64,000 bases of DNA from Candidatus Omnitrophota bacterium (GTDB taxonomy: Bacteria > Hinthialibacterota > Hinthialibacteria > OLB16): the NCBI GenBank assembly GCA_020632575.1, contig JACKFH010000006.1, forward strand, positions 10,117 through 74,116, read 5' to 3'. Position numbers and translations under genes: made by a program. The notes under the pieces were generated by a model that did not search any database, was not told where the DNA came from, and saw nothing but the letters and a program-made list of their open reading frames with translations. Position 1 is the stretch's first letter. Each line of letters starts with the position of its first letter. Shown here piece after piece: positions 20,266-30,167 of the stretch.

Positions 20266-21953
20266 AAATTCTGGGGATCAGCGAACTCGATAACGACGCC
20301 GGAGCCTGTGCGCTCATCGATGGGAAAGTGGCGGCCGCCGCCAATGAGGAACGGTTCTCCCGTATCAAACAGCACGCGGGCTTTCCTTTCCAGGCAGTCG
20401 AATGGATTTGCAAACACACTGGAATCGAACCCAAGGATTTCGACGCGATCGCGATCGCCAAACCGGAAGCCGAGGAGGAAATCCGTCTCGTTCGAAAACC
20501 CGTTCTCGAATATGGTTGGAACCAAGAACGACGTTCCTCCTTCCTGGACAAGAAACTGACACAAGCCGCCTTTCGATTCTATCGATTCCCCAAACACAAA
20601 AGCTCGGTGCTTGACCTCAATGCGGAACTAGAGACCTGGCTTCGACAATCCGACATCGACCGATCCAAGATCTATCGAGTCGATCATCACCGCGCTCATG
20701 CTCTTTCCGCCCAAGTCGCGAGCGGTTTCGACGCCTGCCTCGCGGTCACCTGCGATGGTCAGGGGGCCGGGGTGACCGGCACGGTTTGGAAGGGAGAGGG
20801 AATCCGCCTCCATCCAATTCAGAAAATCTATCTCCCCCATTCCATGGGAAATTTTTACGCCGCCGCCACCAAAGCCCTTGGATTCATTCCGAACCGTCAC
20901 GAGGGAAAGGTGACCGGACTCGCCGCTTACGCCGAACCGGCCGAGGAAGATCTGGCCACGCTCCGTCGGATCGCTTGGGCTGAGGGCGGCGCCTATTACG
21001 CACCCTGTGTCTACGGAGCCTACCCGAAGATCAAAAGATTTCTCGACAATGCGGGCAGGGAGCGTTTCGCCGCCACCTTTCAAAAGGTGCTCGAGGAGAC
21101 TGTGGTCGATTGGGTTCGGTTCCATGTCGAGCAGACAGGACTGAGCCGAGTGGTCCTGTCTGGGGGAGTCTTCGCGAATGTGAAACTCAACCAGCGAATC
21201 GAGGAGATCGAGGGAGTCGAGGAGGTCTTTGTCTTCCCGGGCATGGCCGATGGCGGTCTCGGTCACGGCGCCGCGGTCGGCTGGGATTGGGACTGTGGAG
21301 AGAACGAAACAGTCCCCGGACTCGACCATGTTTATTGGGGGCCGGAACCTACTGGCGAGGAATGCGCTCGATCAATCCGAGACTCGGGTTTGGAGGCCAC
21401 CCAGCCCGAAGATCTGGTCGGTGAGACTGCGCGGTTACTAGCGGAGGGAAAAGTGGTGGCGGTCTGCCGAGGCGCTCTCGAGTTCGGCCCGCGCGCGCTC
21501 GGCCACCGCAGCATCCTCTACCAACCGACCGACCCCTCGGTTAACGACTGGTTGAATGTTCAACTCCGTCGGACCGAGTTCATGCCCTTCGCCCCGGTCA
21601 CCCGGATGGAGAATGCCTCGAGGTGTTATCCGAAACTGTCCTCGAAATCGACCGCGAGGTTCATGACCATCACCACGGATTGTTCCCAGGAAATGGCAAA
21701 GAAATGTCCGGCGGTGACTCATGTCGATGGCACGGCCCGACCGCAACTCATCGACCGTGAGACCGATCCTTTTTACTACGATGTCTTAAAGAGGTATGAG
21801 GAAGCGACCGGCAATCCCAGTCTGATCAACACCAGTTTCAACCTGCACGAGGAACCGATTGTGGCGACTCCAAGTGAAGCGATCCAAGCGGCCAAACAAG
21901 CCTCTTTGAACTATCTGATCCTCGCCGACACGCTGATTCGAATTGTCGATTAG
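20262..21953 (+). CDS. Carbamoyltransferase, NodU/CmcH family
   Basis: N-terminal MKILGIS..DAGACALIDGKV ASKHA-like fold plus a C-terminal carbamoyltransferase domain. ATGA overlap with the GT4 gene. Confidence 0.8.
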   Translation: MKILGISELDNDAGACALIDGKVAAAANEERFSRIKQHAGFPFQAVEWICKHTGIEPKDFDAIAIAKPEAEEEIRLVRKPVLEYGWNQERRSSFLDKKLTQAAFRFYRFPKHKSSVLDLNAELETWLRQSDIDRSKIYRVDHHRAHALSAQVASGFDACLAVTCDGQGAGVTGTVWKGEGIRLHPIQKIYLPHSMGNFYAAATKALGFIPNRHEGKVTGLAAYAEPAEEDLATLRRIAWAEGGAYYAPCVYGAYPKIKRFLDNAGRERFAATFQKVLEETVVDWVRFHVEQTGLSRVVLSGGVFANVKLNQRIEEIEGVEEVFVFPGMADGGLGHGAAVGWDWDCGENETVPGLDHVYWGPEPTGEECARSIRDSGLEATQPEDLVGETARLLAEGKVVAVCRGALEFGPRALGHRSILYQPTDPSVNDWLNVQLRRTEFMPFAPVTRMENASRCYPKLSSKSTARFMTITTDCSQEMAKKCPAVTHVDGTARPQLIDRETDPFYYDVLKRYEEATGNPSLINTSFNLHEEPIVATPSEAIQAAKQASLNYLILADTLIRIVD

Positions 21954-24067
21954 ACCGGGTTGCCACTCTCCAGCTCCAGCCTGGAAGCGGACACTTTCGG
22001 TTTCTTCTCAATAGTCTCGCGCAAAACCCCAATGAGTTCCCGGTAAGTGTAAGGCTTTTGAATGAAGCCGAGGCCATCCCGGTCCTCGAGATCGATCAGG
22101 TACGCGTCATGATTGAAACCGCTGGTGAATATGACCCGGATGTCGGGATCGATCTCCTTCATCTTCCGGTAAGTCTCGACTCCATTGAGGCCGGGCATGG
22201 TCCAGTCCAGAAGAACCGCCTCGAACCGAGCTGGGTGCTCCTCGAGGATTCGAATCCCCTCTCTTCCGCTCGAGGCCACAGTCACATCGAATCCCGACCT
22301 AAAGAGCATGGCATTCGCGATGTTTCGAACGCTCGCTTCGTCATCGACAACCAGCACTTGACCCGTCCCTTTCCAGGCGGGGTCGAAGGTGGCCTGAGTC
22401 GGCCTCGATGGGATCGGCGTCGTGGACACCGGAAACAGCAAGAGAACAGTGGTTCCATACCCTTTTTCGCTCGCCACTTTGATCACGCCATGGTGGGCGC
22501 GGACCACTCCTAAAACCATCGACATTCCTAGGCCACGCTTCTCGGGTTTGGTGGTGAAGAAGGGGTCGAACATTCTGGACCGAGTCTCCCGATCCATTCC
22601 CGCGCCTGTGTCCGAAACCTCTACGAAAACATACTCCCCCTCCTCATAAGATCCACAGTAATGGGCTTCCGCTAGATACCGTCGACTGCATCTGAGCGAT
22701 CCCGTTCGAATGGTGATCACCGCATCCTCATTCTCGATGGATTCCGCGGCGTTTGTCACGAGATTGACCACCGCCTGCTGGATCTGATCGACATCCCCCT
22801 CTACGGGGGGCGGAGATTCTTCGAAAAACAATTCTAAGACCGCTCGATCCGAGGCCGAAATTTTAAGCATTTGATCGATGCTTCGCACGACATCCGTCAG
22901 ATTCACGGACACACTGCGAGACTTCCCTTTCCCTGAGAATGCGAGCATCTGATTGCACAAATCCGACATCCTCTCACCTGCGGTTTGGATCTCCCGAATC
23001 ATTTGGCGCGGCCATTGGTCGGGGCCAAGTTCGCTCAGAATCATGTCTGAGTTTCCCATGATGGTCAGAAGCTGATTGTTGAGATCATGCGCGACTCCGC
23101 CCGCGAAGATTCCGAGACTCTCGAGTTTCTGAGCAACTTGAATCTGCCCGACCAGTTCCTCTCGTTCCTCCTCGGCCAAGATCCGGTCGGTCAAATCCAG
23201 GATCGTCGCGATTAATCGGCTCGGTCGACCCTCCTTGTCGAATAGAATAATCCCTTCACTCTCAATGTGACGGACTGTCCCATCCGCCGGGATAACTCGA
23301 TATCGAATGGGTTGGAGATTGAGTTCGTTGATGGCGTCTTCGCGCGCTGCTTTGACTTTCTCACGGTCATCGGGGTGGATTCGCCTCTCCATTTTTAACG
23401 CCAAGTCCTCCCCACGGTCCTTGGGGGACAACCCGTGTATCCGAAGCGCCTCGTCAGAAATTTGGAAGGATCCCGAGTCGAAATCCCATTCCCAGCTTCC
23501 GAGATGAGCAATCTCCTGCGAACGACTCAATAGAGTTTGGCTCCGACGAAGGTCTTCCTGCGATCGAATTCTTTCCTCGATTTCGTTCTTTAGTTCCTCT
23601 CGTTCTTTGGCAAGTAGATCCTTGATGGTGTTTGCATTGACCGTCGAAAAATAAAAGGCGGCGAGAATCAGAAACATCCCGGACCAAATAAGGATGTCCT
23701 GCAGAACCACATCCCAACTATTCCCACCGCCGAACAGAGGTTGTGTCTCAATATTTGTTAGCACGATGGCGCAGTTGATAGTCTGAGAGAGAATCAGGAA
23801 GGACCCGCCGACCAAGGAGAGGATTCGAATCGACCAAACCTGGTGGACTTTCCATAGCAAGAAAATCGATGCGACCGCGAAAACAGTCACGGCTGTTAAA
23901 CTGAGAGAGGCTTTGGCTATTTCGTATACCCACTCATGGTTGGGTAGGTTTCGAGAGAGGAGCGACAAACCGACGGCAAGAAGGAAGGCAAAAATGGAGA
24001 TCTGCCTGAGACGGAGATTTTCACCCCATGCGCCGTCATCAATGGAAAGTGAACGGGACGACTCCAA
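21950..24067 (-). CDS. Hybrid sensor histidine kinase/response regulator (multi-TM sensor, PAS, HisKA, HATPase_c, REC)
   Basis: TTG start with GAGGAGG 8 nt upstream. H-box AHDLNNQL, followed by an ATPase domain and a C-terminal receiver domain. Confidence 0.85.
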   Translation of the reverse strand: MESSRSLSIDDGAWGENLRLRQISIFAFLLAVGLSLLSRNLPNHEWVYEIAKASLSLTAVTVFAVASIFLLWKVHQVWSIRILSLVGGSFLILSQTINCAIVLTNIETQPLFGGGNSWDVVLQDILIWSGMFLILAAFYFSTVNANTIKDLLAKEREELKNEIEERIRSQEDLRRSQTLLSRSQEIAHLGSWEWDFDSGSFQISDEALRIHGLSPKDRGEDLALKMERRIHPDDREKVKAAREDAINELNLQPIRYRVIPADGTVRHIESEGIILFDKEGRPSRLIATILDLTDRILAEEEREELVGQIQVAQKLESLGIFAGGVAHDLNNQLLTIMGNSDMILSELGPDQWPRQMIREIQTAGERMSDLCNQMLAFSGKGKSRSVSVNLTDVVRSIDQMLKISASDRAVLELFFEESPPPVEGDVDQIQQAVVNLVTNAAESIENEDAVITIRTGSLRCSRRYLAEAHYCGSYEEGEYVFVEVSDTGAGMDRETRSRMFDPFFTTKPEKRGLGMSMVLGVVRAHHGVIKVASEKGYGTTVLLLFPVSTTPIPSRPTQATFDPAWKGTGQVLVVDDEASVRNIANAMLFRSGFDVTVASSGREGIRILEEHPARFEAVLLDWTMPGLNGVETYRKMKEIDPDIRVIFTSGFNHDAYLIDLEDRDGLGFIQKPYTYRELIGVLRETIEKKPKVSASRLELESGNPV

Positions 24068-24107
24068 ACCAAAACCCTCCTCGTATCCGAAATATCTCGA
24101 TTTAAAT

Positions 24108-24134
24108 TATTGTAGCATATCGAGCATAAATCAA
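24108..24134 (-). promoter_or_regulatory. Candidate sigma-70 promoter with extended -10 (TGCTACAAT) for the hybrid kinase gene
   Basis: On the minus strand TTGATT-N12-TGCTACAAT, about 40 nt upstream of the start, inside an AT-rich 98-bp spacer. Confidence 0.3.
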
Positions 24135-24165
24135 AAGAGGAAAAAGAAGAGGGATTATCTAGGAC

Positions 24166-25404
24166 TCATTCCTCCGGTTTTCGGTTGACTTTGGTCTCCT
24201 TCCCACCCTGAATTCTTTTGATTTTTTCAAGGCTTTTCTGGACAGAAGATGGGTCTGGAAGAACTTCGAAAGCGATTTGAAACTGCCGACTCTCGCCGGG
24301 CTTGAGCTTGGGCACTCGCCCTTTCTCCCTCTCGATCTGACGGTTGTGGGGAAAGCTGGTTCCCGGTTCGATTCCAGTCACATATCCCGCATCCAACGCG
24401 GGAAGATTCTTCCATTGGGTCAGGAATGGCAGTTCCTCCACCGAAAAGGACATCGAGACCCCGCGATTCCCGCTCGCGTTCTTCAGCATTACTTGAGTGA
24501 GATCGTCGTCACCCGCGTAGAGTTCCATACAATAGACCTGCTCCACGAACCCCGGAGTGGGCCCATCGTAAACCGCGGCCCGGTCGATCGATTGAGCCGC
24601 GTGCTCGTTGAACGGGGTGACCTCTCGAATGGGAGCGACAAATTCGGCGCCCTTCTCCAATAGCGGTGGTCCGAAATTCGTGTGGTAAAGCATCTGGAAC
24701 TCTTGATCGTCCGCCCCCTCGTTGACCAACCGATCGGTGACGGTGAGCTGCAGTGATCCAGGCGTCGTGGAAATCTCGGTCCAGAGTTCAAGTTGCGGCC
24801 CATAGAACATCCGCTCGTCGACCCGCCCACGCACTCGAATCGTATGTGGCGGTTCCTCATCGATGACCACCTCCACCTCCGAGGCCGGGATATTGGCCAC
24901 CTTGCCATGGAGCGTGAGGTCCATGACCGCCTCATCGCCGACATTATTGATGAACTTGTCCTCACCGGGATGGCCAACCCATTCGAGACCGCATCGAACC
25001 ATCCATTCGTTGAACCCTTCGAGCCAGCCTAATCCACCCCGTGAACTCAGATTGATAAAGGAGGGGTGAACAATCTCTTTGACGGGCGAATTCCACCCAA
25101 GGCGCAGGTCTCCCGAAACCACTTCGTAAATCCCCATTCCTCGGGTTGGGATCATTGTGAAGCGGAGTTTGCCGTTGTCCACATGGATGACATCGACTCC
25201 CTCCTGCTTGCCACCATGGAGAACGTCCTTTCGGATGGAGACCGAGGAGTCCGTTTTGAAGGGAAATTCGGAGCCGGAAAGACTCCACTCCTCGACCCGG
25301 ATGTTCTTCTCCACACTAATTAAGAGCTGACGGAAATCCTCCGCGTGGGACTTCGGTATCGTCAGGAATACGAACAGCACGATGATCGCGTGAGTCTTCA
25401 TCAT
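24166..25404 (-). CDS. DUF4432 / aldose-1-epimerase-like secreted protein
   Basis: Signal peptide MKTHAIIVLFVFLTIPKSHA. All-beta composition typical of the galactose mutarotase-like fold. Confidence 0.5.
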   Translation of the reverse strand: MMKTHAIIVLFVFLTIPKSHAEDFRQLLISVEKNIRVEEWSLSGSEFPFKTDSSVSIRKDVLHGGKQEGVDVIHVDNGKLRFTMIPTRGMGIYEVVSGDLRLGWNSPVKEIVHPSFINLSSRGGLGWLEGFNEWMVRCGLEWVGHPGEDKFINNVGDEAVMDLTLHGKVANIPASEVEVVIDEEPPHTIRVRGRVDERMFYGPQLELWTEISTTPGSLQLTVTDRLVNEGADDQEFQMLYHTNFGPPLLEKGAEFVAPIREVTPFNEHAAQSIDRAAVYDGPTPGFVEQVYCMELYAGDDDLTQVMLKNASGNRGVSMSFSVEELPFLTQWKNLPALDAGYVTGIEPGTSFPHNRQIEREKGRVPKLKPGESRQFQIAFEVLPDPSSVQKSLEKIKRIQGGKETKVNRKPEE

Positions 25405-25429
25405 CTTCACCTCCATGTCGGTTAAGCGT

Positions 25430-27061
25430 TCACTTCAAGGGTTGCAGATAGATGTTTCGAAATTCGAGAACATCCCCATGACCGGCGAATCCAATGTGGC
25501 CGCTTTCACGTGCGGCGCCGGGGTGCTCGCTCCCGTCCATGGGTCCGTTCTTCAGTTCTTCATCGAGATTAATGTCCACGATGGTGAATCCGTTGACGGT
25601 GACCTGGATATCCCGCCCCTTGGCCACAACCTCCTCGGAATTCCACTCGCCGACCGGGTTCTTGAATCCATGGATGGCAGGCGCGATGCCATAAACCGAA
25701 CCGTGGTATTGCCAGGGTTTGAGATGGAGATATTTATCCGAGGTGTCCTCGAGGATCTGCAGTTCCATTCCCGCGTAGGCCGGGGTTCCCTCCAAAGGCG
25801 ACCGAATCGCGAGACCGTTGTTGGCGCCGGGAGTGAACTTGAAATCGAAACGGAGGACAAAATCGGAATACTCTTTTTCGGTGAACAGATTTCCCCCCGG
25901 CTTACAGAGCAAGATCCCGTCCCGCGCCTGATACCCTTTGGTGTCCCCCACCCAACCGGACAGGTCTTTTCCATTGAAAAGCGAAACAAAACCTGGCGGT
26001 AGATAATCCTCGGAATAGGGCCAAAGGTCATTCAGACGGACCCGCTGCTGAATCGCAACCTTGCCCGAACCATCGAGAACCTGTAAGCGGATCAGTGGAT
26101 CCTCCTGGGACCAATCGATATCGATCATCCCGAAATTATCGTCGAAATACATGCCGCCGACGCGGTGTTCGTTAACCTCGCTCCGCCAAGGGTGCCCCTG
26201 GTTTAAGCTGCTTGAGGTCACATCGTAGAGCGGGTATCCAACTTCCCCTTCGATTCGGTCAATTTCAGCGGTGTGTCGGTCTCCAGAAACGATCACCACC
26301 CCGTTGGCCTTGGTCTTTTTGATAAGGTCAAACAACCTCTGACGCTCGAGAGGGAAGTTCCCCCATTTCTCGAATCGGTGACGGTTGGCGATCACTTGTA
26401 CGCTGGAGGCGATAATCCTGAGATCGGCCGGGACTTTCAGTTGCTCCTCCAACCATGCCCACTGAGCCTCTCCCAGCATGGTGGACGCGGGATCGTAGTC
26501 GGGAACGTAGGAACCGCCGACTCCCTCGCCTTCTTCAAAGGGATTCTCCTCGGTCTTGAGCGGGCTTCTAAAGTAGCGTGTGTCGAGGAGGATCACCTGA
26601 ACTCGCTTTCCCTCCGGCCCGAAAACTTTCGCGTCATAAACGCCGTCGCTCTTCCGGCGGGGGGAGTCTTGAGGTTCGCCGAAGAAATCGAGAAAGACCT
26701 TTTGCGACTCCTTCTTCATGGGATAGTCGGCCCCGCCATCGTTGACCCCGTAGTCGTGGTCATCCCAGGTGGCCAGAATCGGGCAGGTCTCTTTCAATTT
26801 CTGATACCCGGGTTCGCTCGCCAACATGTTCCACTTCTCCTTGAGGACCTCCATGTCCTCCGAGTCTCCATAGATGTTGTCGCCAATAAATAGAAAGACA
26901 TCGGGATCGCTGGCGGCAATCGAATCCCAAATCGGTTGGGGTTGCCCCTGACGGGCGCAGGACCCGAAAGCAATCCTCGAAAGGACCCCTTCTTCGGCCC
27001 GCGCGGTTAAGGGAGTCAGAACAAACAGGATGGACAGAACAAAACCAAAGAATTTACGCAT
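25430..27061 (-). CDS. PhoD-like metallophosphatase fused to a C-terminal DUF1080 (3-keto-disaccharide hydrolase/GH16-like) domain, secreted
   Basis: Signal peptide. FIGDNIYGD and ATWDDHDYGVNDGG PhoD motifs. The C-terminus ...IGFAGHGDVLEFRNIYLQPL is a typical DUF1080 ending. Confidence 0.75.
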   Translation of the reverse strand: MRKFFGFVLSILFVLTPLTARAEEGVLSRIAFGSCARQGQPQPIWDSIAASDPDVFLFIGDNIYGDSEDMEVLKEKWNMLASEPGYQKLKETCPILATWDDHDYGVNDGGADYPMKKESQKVFLDFFGEPQDSPRRKSDGVYDAKVFGPEGKRVQVILLDTRYFRSPLKTEENPFEEGEGVGGSYVPDYDPASTMLGEAQWAWLEEQLKVPADLRIIASSVQVIANRHRFEKWGNFPLERQRLFDLIKKTKANGVVIVSGDRHTAEIDRIEGEVGYPLYDVTSSSLNQGHPWRSEVNEHRVGGMYFDDNFGMIDIDWSQEDPLIRLQVLDGSGKVAIQQRVRLNDLWPYSEDYLPPGFVSLFNGKDLSGWVGDTKGYQARDGILLCKPGGNLFTEKEYSDFVLRFDFKFTPGANNGLAIRSPLEGTPAYAGMELQILEDTSDKYLHLKPWQYHGSVYGIAPAIHGFKNPVGEWNSEEVVAKGRDIQVTVNGFTIVDINLDEELKNGPMDGSEHPGAARESGHIGFAGHGDVLEFRNIYLQPLK

Positions 27062-27247
27062 CGTTGTGGCCTCACAAGTCATTGAAATCGAATTGAACGG
27101 TCGATGGTAACTTGACGGGGCGGATCTCGCAATTCAGCGCGCACAACCCCAAAAGGATTGGGTTGCCGACCCTTTCCGTAACCACTAACCTAACGTCAAT
27201 TGTGACAAGAACGAAGGTTCAGACGAAATCGATGGGAGGACCGAAAC

Positions 27248-27667
27248 TTGAAAGTATTGAGAATCTCATTGCCGGCGGTCGTTGTTTGCCTCGCCTTAGC
27301 GCTTTACGCCGAACCCAATGACAACGCCAGAGTCGAGGTCCTCGCCAAGACTTCCAAGATGTGGGATGGCTCCCCGCTCCCGGATTACCCCAAGGAGAAT
27401 CCGGAAGTCACCATCCTCAAAGTCACCATACCCGCGCACACCGAACTTCCGATGCATAAACATGCGGTGATCAATGCGGGATATGTCCTGTCGGGCGAAT
27501 TGACGGTGGTCTCCGAGGAGGGGCCGGAAATGACTTTGAAGGCCGGAGACACTCTCGTCGAACTGGTGGACAAATGGCACTATGGGAAGAACGAGGGAGA
27601 CGAGGATGTCGAAATCGTCGTCTTCTACGCTGGCGAGAAAGACAAACCGATCACAATAAAAAAATGA
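27248..27667 (+). CDS. Secreted cupin-domain protein
   Basis: TTG start with GGAGGA 7 nt upstream. Signal peptide. Cupin-like HxH...E segment (PMHKHAVINAGYVLSGEL). Confidence 0.65.
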   Translation: MKVLRISLPAVVVCLALALYAEPNDNARVEVLAKTSKMWDGSPLPDYPKENPEVTILKVTIPAHTELPMHKHAVINAGYVLSGELTVVSEEGPEMTLKAGDTLVELVDKWHYGKNEGDEDVEIVVFYAGEKDKPITIKK

Positions 27668-27726
27668 ACGCTTCACCTGTCAAAGAAGCGTTCGCATTCG
27701 AATCGAAATAAGGATTCATTGACTCT

Positions 27727-28842
27727 ATGGTTTCACTCTTAATCGTATTCGCCCTGATCGCAATTCTCATCTCCTTCCTCTGCTCGATGTGGGAGGCGGT
27801 CCTTTTGAGCATCACCCCCTCTTACGCCCAAATTAAACTCCAAGACGGAACCAAAACCGGGAAACTGATCGAAGCCTTCAAGCAGAACATCGACCGTCCC
27901 CTCTCGGCCATCCTGACCCTCAACACAATCGCCCACACAGTCGGGGCAATCGGTGTTGGACATCAGGCCGCGATGATCTGGGAGGAAACCAACCCCTTCA
28001 TCACCAATTTGGTCGTGCCTGTGGTCATGACCCTGGCGATTCTGATCCTTTCGGAAATCATTCCGAAAACAATTGGGGCCAATTATTGGCCCGAACTGGC
28101 GCCATTCACCGTTCAATCCTTATCGTTCATTATCACATGTCTCTATCCACTGGTTTGGGTTAGCCAACTCATCACCAAAGCCCTGAAAAAAGACAAATCG
28201 AGAAGCATCTTTTCACGAACCGATTTCCTCGCCATGGCCGAGATCGGAGTACGAGAGGGGCTCTTCGAACAGTCGGAGTCGGAGATTCTCCACAACCTGC
28301 TCCGGTTCAACACCATTCAGGTCAAGGATGTCATGACTCCTCGCACCGTGGTCAAAGTCGCTCCCGAGGAAATGACCCTTCAGGAGTTCTACGATCGGAA
28401 TAAAACCTTGCGTTTCTCTCGCATCCCGATTCACCAGGGCGAGCACATGGAGCATGTCACGGGATACATCCTCAAGGATGAGTTGCTTGGTAAATTGGTC
28501 CAGGACAAAGGGGAGGAACGTCTCTCTTCCATCAAACGCGAAATCCTGGTTGTCCATGAAAACTTCCCCATCCCCGAGATCTTCAGTCGATTCCTCGAAA
28601 AGCGGGAACACATCGCGTTGGTGGTCGATGAGTTCGGCGGCATGGAGGGGATCGTGACTATGGAGGATGTGATCGAAACGCTGCTCGGGATGGAAATTGT
28701 CGATGAGTATGACAGCACCGCCGACATGCAGGCCCTGGCCCGCAAGAACTGGGAAAGACGCGCCAAACACCTCGGCCTAATCGAGGAAAAACAAAACTCG
28801 GAAGAAAAGCGCAAGTTCGGGCACGACACCGAGAATGAGTGA
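27727..28842 (+). CDS. Hemolysin-family membrane protein (CNNM/DUF21 transmembrane domain plus CBS pair plus CorC_HlyC)
   Basis: N-terminal 4-TM DUF21, then a CBS pair, then a C-terminal transporter-associated domain (MEGIVTMEDVIETLLG). Confidence 0.8.
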   Translation: MVSLLIVFALIAILISFLCSMWEAVLLSITPSYAQIKLQDGTKTGKLIEAFKQNIDRPLSAILTLNTIAHTVGAIGVGHQAAMIWEETNPFITNLVVPVVMTLAILILSEIIPKTIGANYWPELAPFTVQSLSFIITCLYPLVWVSQLITKALKKDKSRSIFSRTDFLAMAEIGVREGLFEQSESEILHNLLRFNTIQVKDVMTPRTVVKVAPEEMTLQEFYDRNKTLRFSRIPIHQGEHMEHVTGYILKDELLGKLVQDKGEERLSSIKREILVVHENFPIPEIFSRFLEKREHIALVVDEFGGMEGIVTMEDVIETLLGMEIVDEYDSTADMQALARKNWERRAKHLGLIEEKQNSEEKRKFGHDTENE

Positions 28843-28867
28843 CCGCCCTAAGAGAGGCCCCCTCCCC

Positions 28868-29917
28868 ATGAGACTACCCCCCCTTTTCATCCTACCCGTA
28901 TTGCTATTCTTAACTCTGCCATGTCTGTCCCATGCGGAGAATGTTTTTCCCGGCGATCATTGGGAAACCCGATCTCCAGAGGAGGTGGGATTAAAAAAGG
29001 AGCCACTCGATCAACTCGCGAAAGATCTCGGCGGACGGGGGTGTGTCGTCAAGGATGGCTATCTTGTCCAAGAATGGGGGGACACCTCCGAGCGCGGAGA
29101 TTGGCTCTCCTCGGCCAAGCCGGTCCTCTCGACTCTCCTCTTCTTCGCCATCGAGGAGGGGCTTGTAGAGAGCGTCGATCAACCCATCGCTGAATTCGGA
29201 TGGGACTTGAAGGACAAGGACCAAGGGATCACGTTTCGTCATCTCGGGGCCATGACAAGTGGCTACGCTCGCCCAGAAGGGCCGGGTGAGGCCTTTGCCT
29301 ACAACGACTTCGCGATCCAACTCTACCAAAAAACCCTCTTCGATAAGGTTTTCAAGCAAGACCCGAAAGAGGCTGCCGAGCAACCCAACCGTTTGGGAGC
29401 ACTCAATCTCGAAAGGGGATTGAGTTTTCGCGAGGGCAACCGTCGTCTCTCAGCGTCGGCAAAGGATTTCGCGCGCATCGCCTGGTTCTGGCTGAACAAG
29501 GGCGCCTGGAACGGAACTCAGGCGCTTCCCGAGAAATACTTCGACGACTACCTGAAGCCGCTGGTTCCCAAGGACCTGCCCCACACCAAGAAGGCTGAAA
29601 CCGACGATTATCTCGGGATCGGCTCATTCGGGGGCGGGTCCGATCATTTCACCGAATTCGGCCCCGGCATCTACGGTTTCAATTGGTGGTTCAACTCAAC
29701 CGGCCGTGACCATCCCGACACACTCACTTGGCCCGACGCTCCCCCCGACGCCTACATGTCAATCGGCGCCGGCGGAAACTGTTCCATCATCATCCCCTCC
29801 GAGAGTCTCGTGATTGCCTGCGCCAAAGGAGATTGGGGAAAACTCAAAGCCGGCGTAAAGAACACACGAATGAACCATCACTTCCAACTCATCAATCAAG
29901 CGCTTGGCAAGGATTAG
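28868..29917 (+). CDS. Serine hydrolase, beta-lactamase/transpeptidase-like family, secreted
   Basis: Signal peptide MRLPPLFILPVLLFLTLPCLSHA. SxxK motif (SSAK). The listed start at 28835 overlaps the previous gene. Confidence 0.6.
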   Translation: MRLPPLFILPVLLFLTLPCLSHAENVFPGDHWETRSPEEVGLKKEPLDQLAKDLGGRGCVVKDGYLVQEWGDTSERGDWLSSAKPVLSTLLFFAIEEGLVESVDQPIAEFGWDLKDKDQGITFRHLGAMTSGYARPEGPGEAFAYNDFAIQLYQKTLFDKVFKQDPKEAAEQPNRLGALNLERGLSFREGNRRLSASAKDFARIAWFWLNKGAWNGTQALPEKYFDDYLKPLVPKDLPHTKKAETDDYLGIGSFGGGSDHFTEFGPGIYGFNWWFNSTGRDHPDTLTWPDAPPDAYMSIGAGGNCSIIIPSESLVIACAKGDWGKLKAGVKNTRMNHHFQLINQALGKD

Positions 29918-29992
29918 GGTCTAAGAGTCTATCAAGTGTCATTTCGAGCCTGCAGCGGCGTGGCCGCTGATTAGTAAAAGGAAACCGAATGC

Positions 29993-30124
29993 GTCATACC
30001 CGCGAAGGCGGGTATCCAGGGCAGGACCTCCCCCTCTGGATTCCCGCCTTCGCAGGAATGACTCCATCCCAGTCTGTTTCAACAGACTTTGTATTGCGTA
30101 GCCACGTCTCTTTAGAGCGTGGCG
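29993..30124. repeat. Intergenic palindromic repeat cluster: 25-bp imperfect inverted repeat GTCATACCCGCGAAGGCGGGTATCC / GGATTCCCGCCTTCGCAGGAATGAC, then AGTCTGTTTCAACAGACT hairpin, then TGCGTAGCCACG..CGTGGC hairpin
   Basis: The last two hairpins are the same arm type as the element at 5373-5540. It lies between convergent genes. Confidence 0.6.
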
Positions 30125-30167
30125 AGTTCGATCGCACCTGATGATTTGATCCTTCAATCGAGTTTTC

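Noticed and set aside
20628-21329. 233-aa minus ORF inside the carbamoyltransferase gene
   Set aside because: It is antisense to a gene with strong family signatures and has no start context.
24356-24380. ggttcgattcc T-loop-like motif suggesting a tRNA
   Set aside because: It lies inside the DUF4432 coding region. No acceptor or anticodon stems can be formed around it.
26273-26893. 206-aa plus ORF
   Set aside because: It is antisense to the PhoD-DUF1080 gene, whose WDDHDYG metallophosphatase motifs confirm the minus strand.
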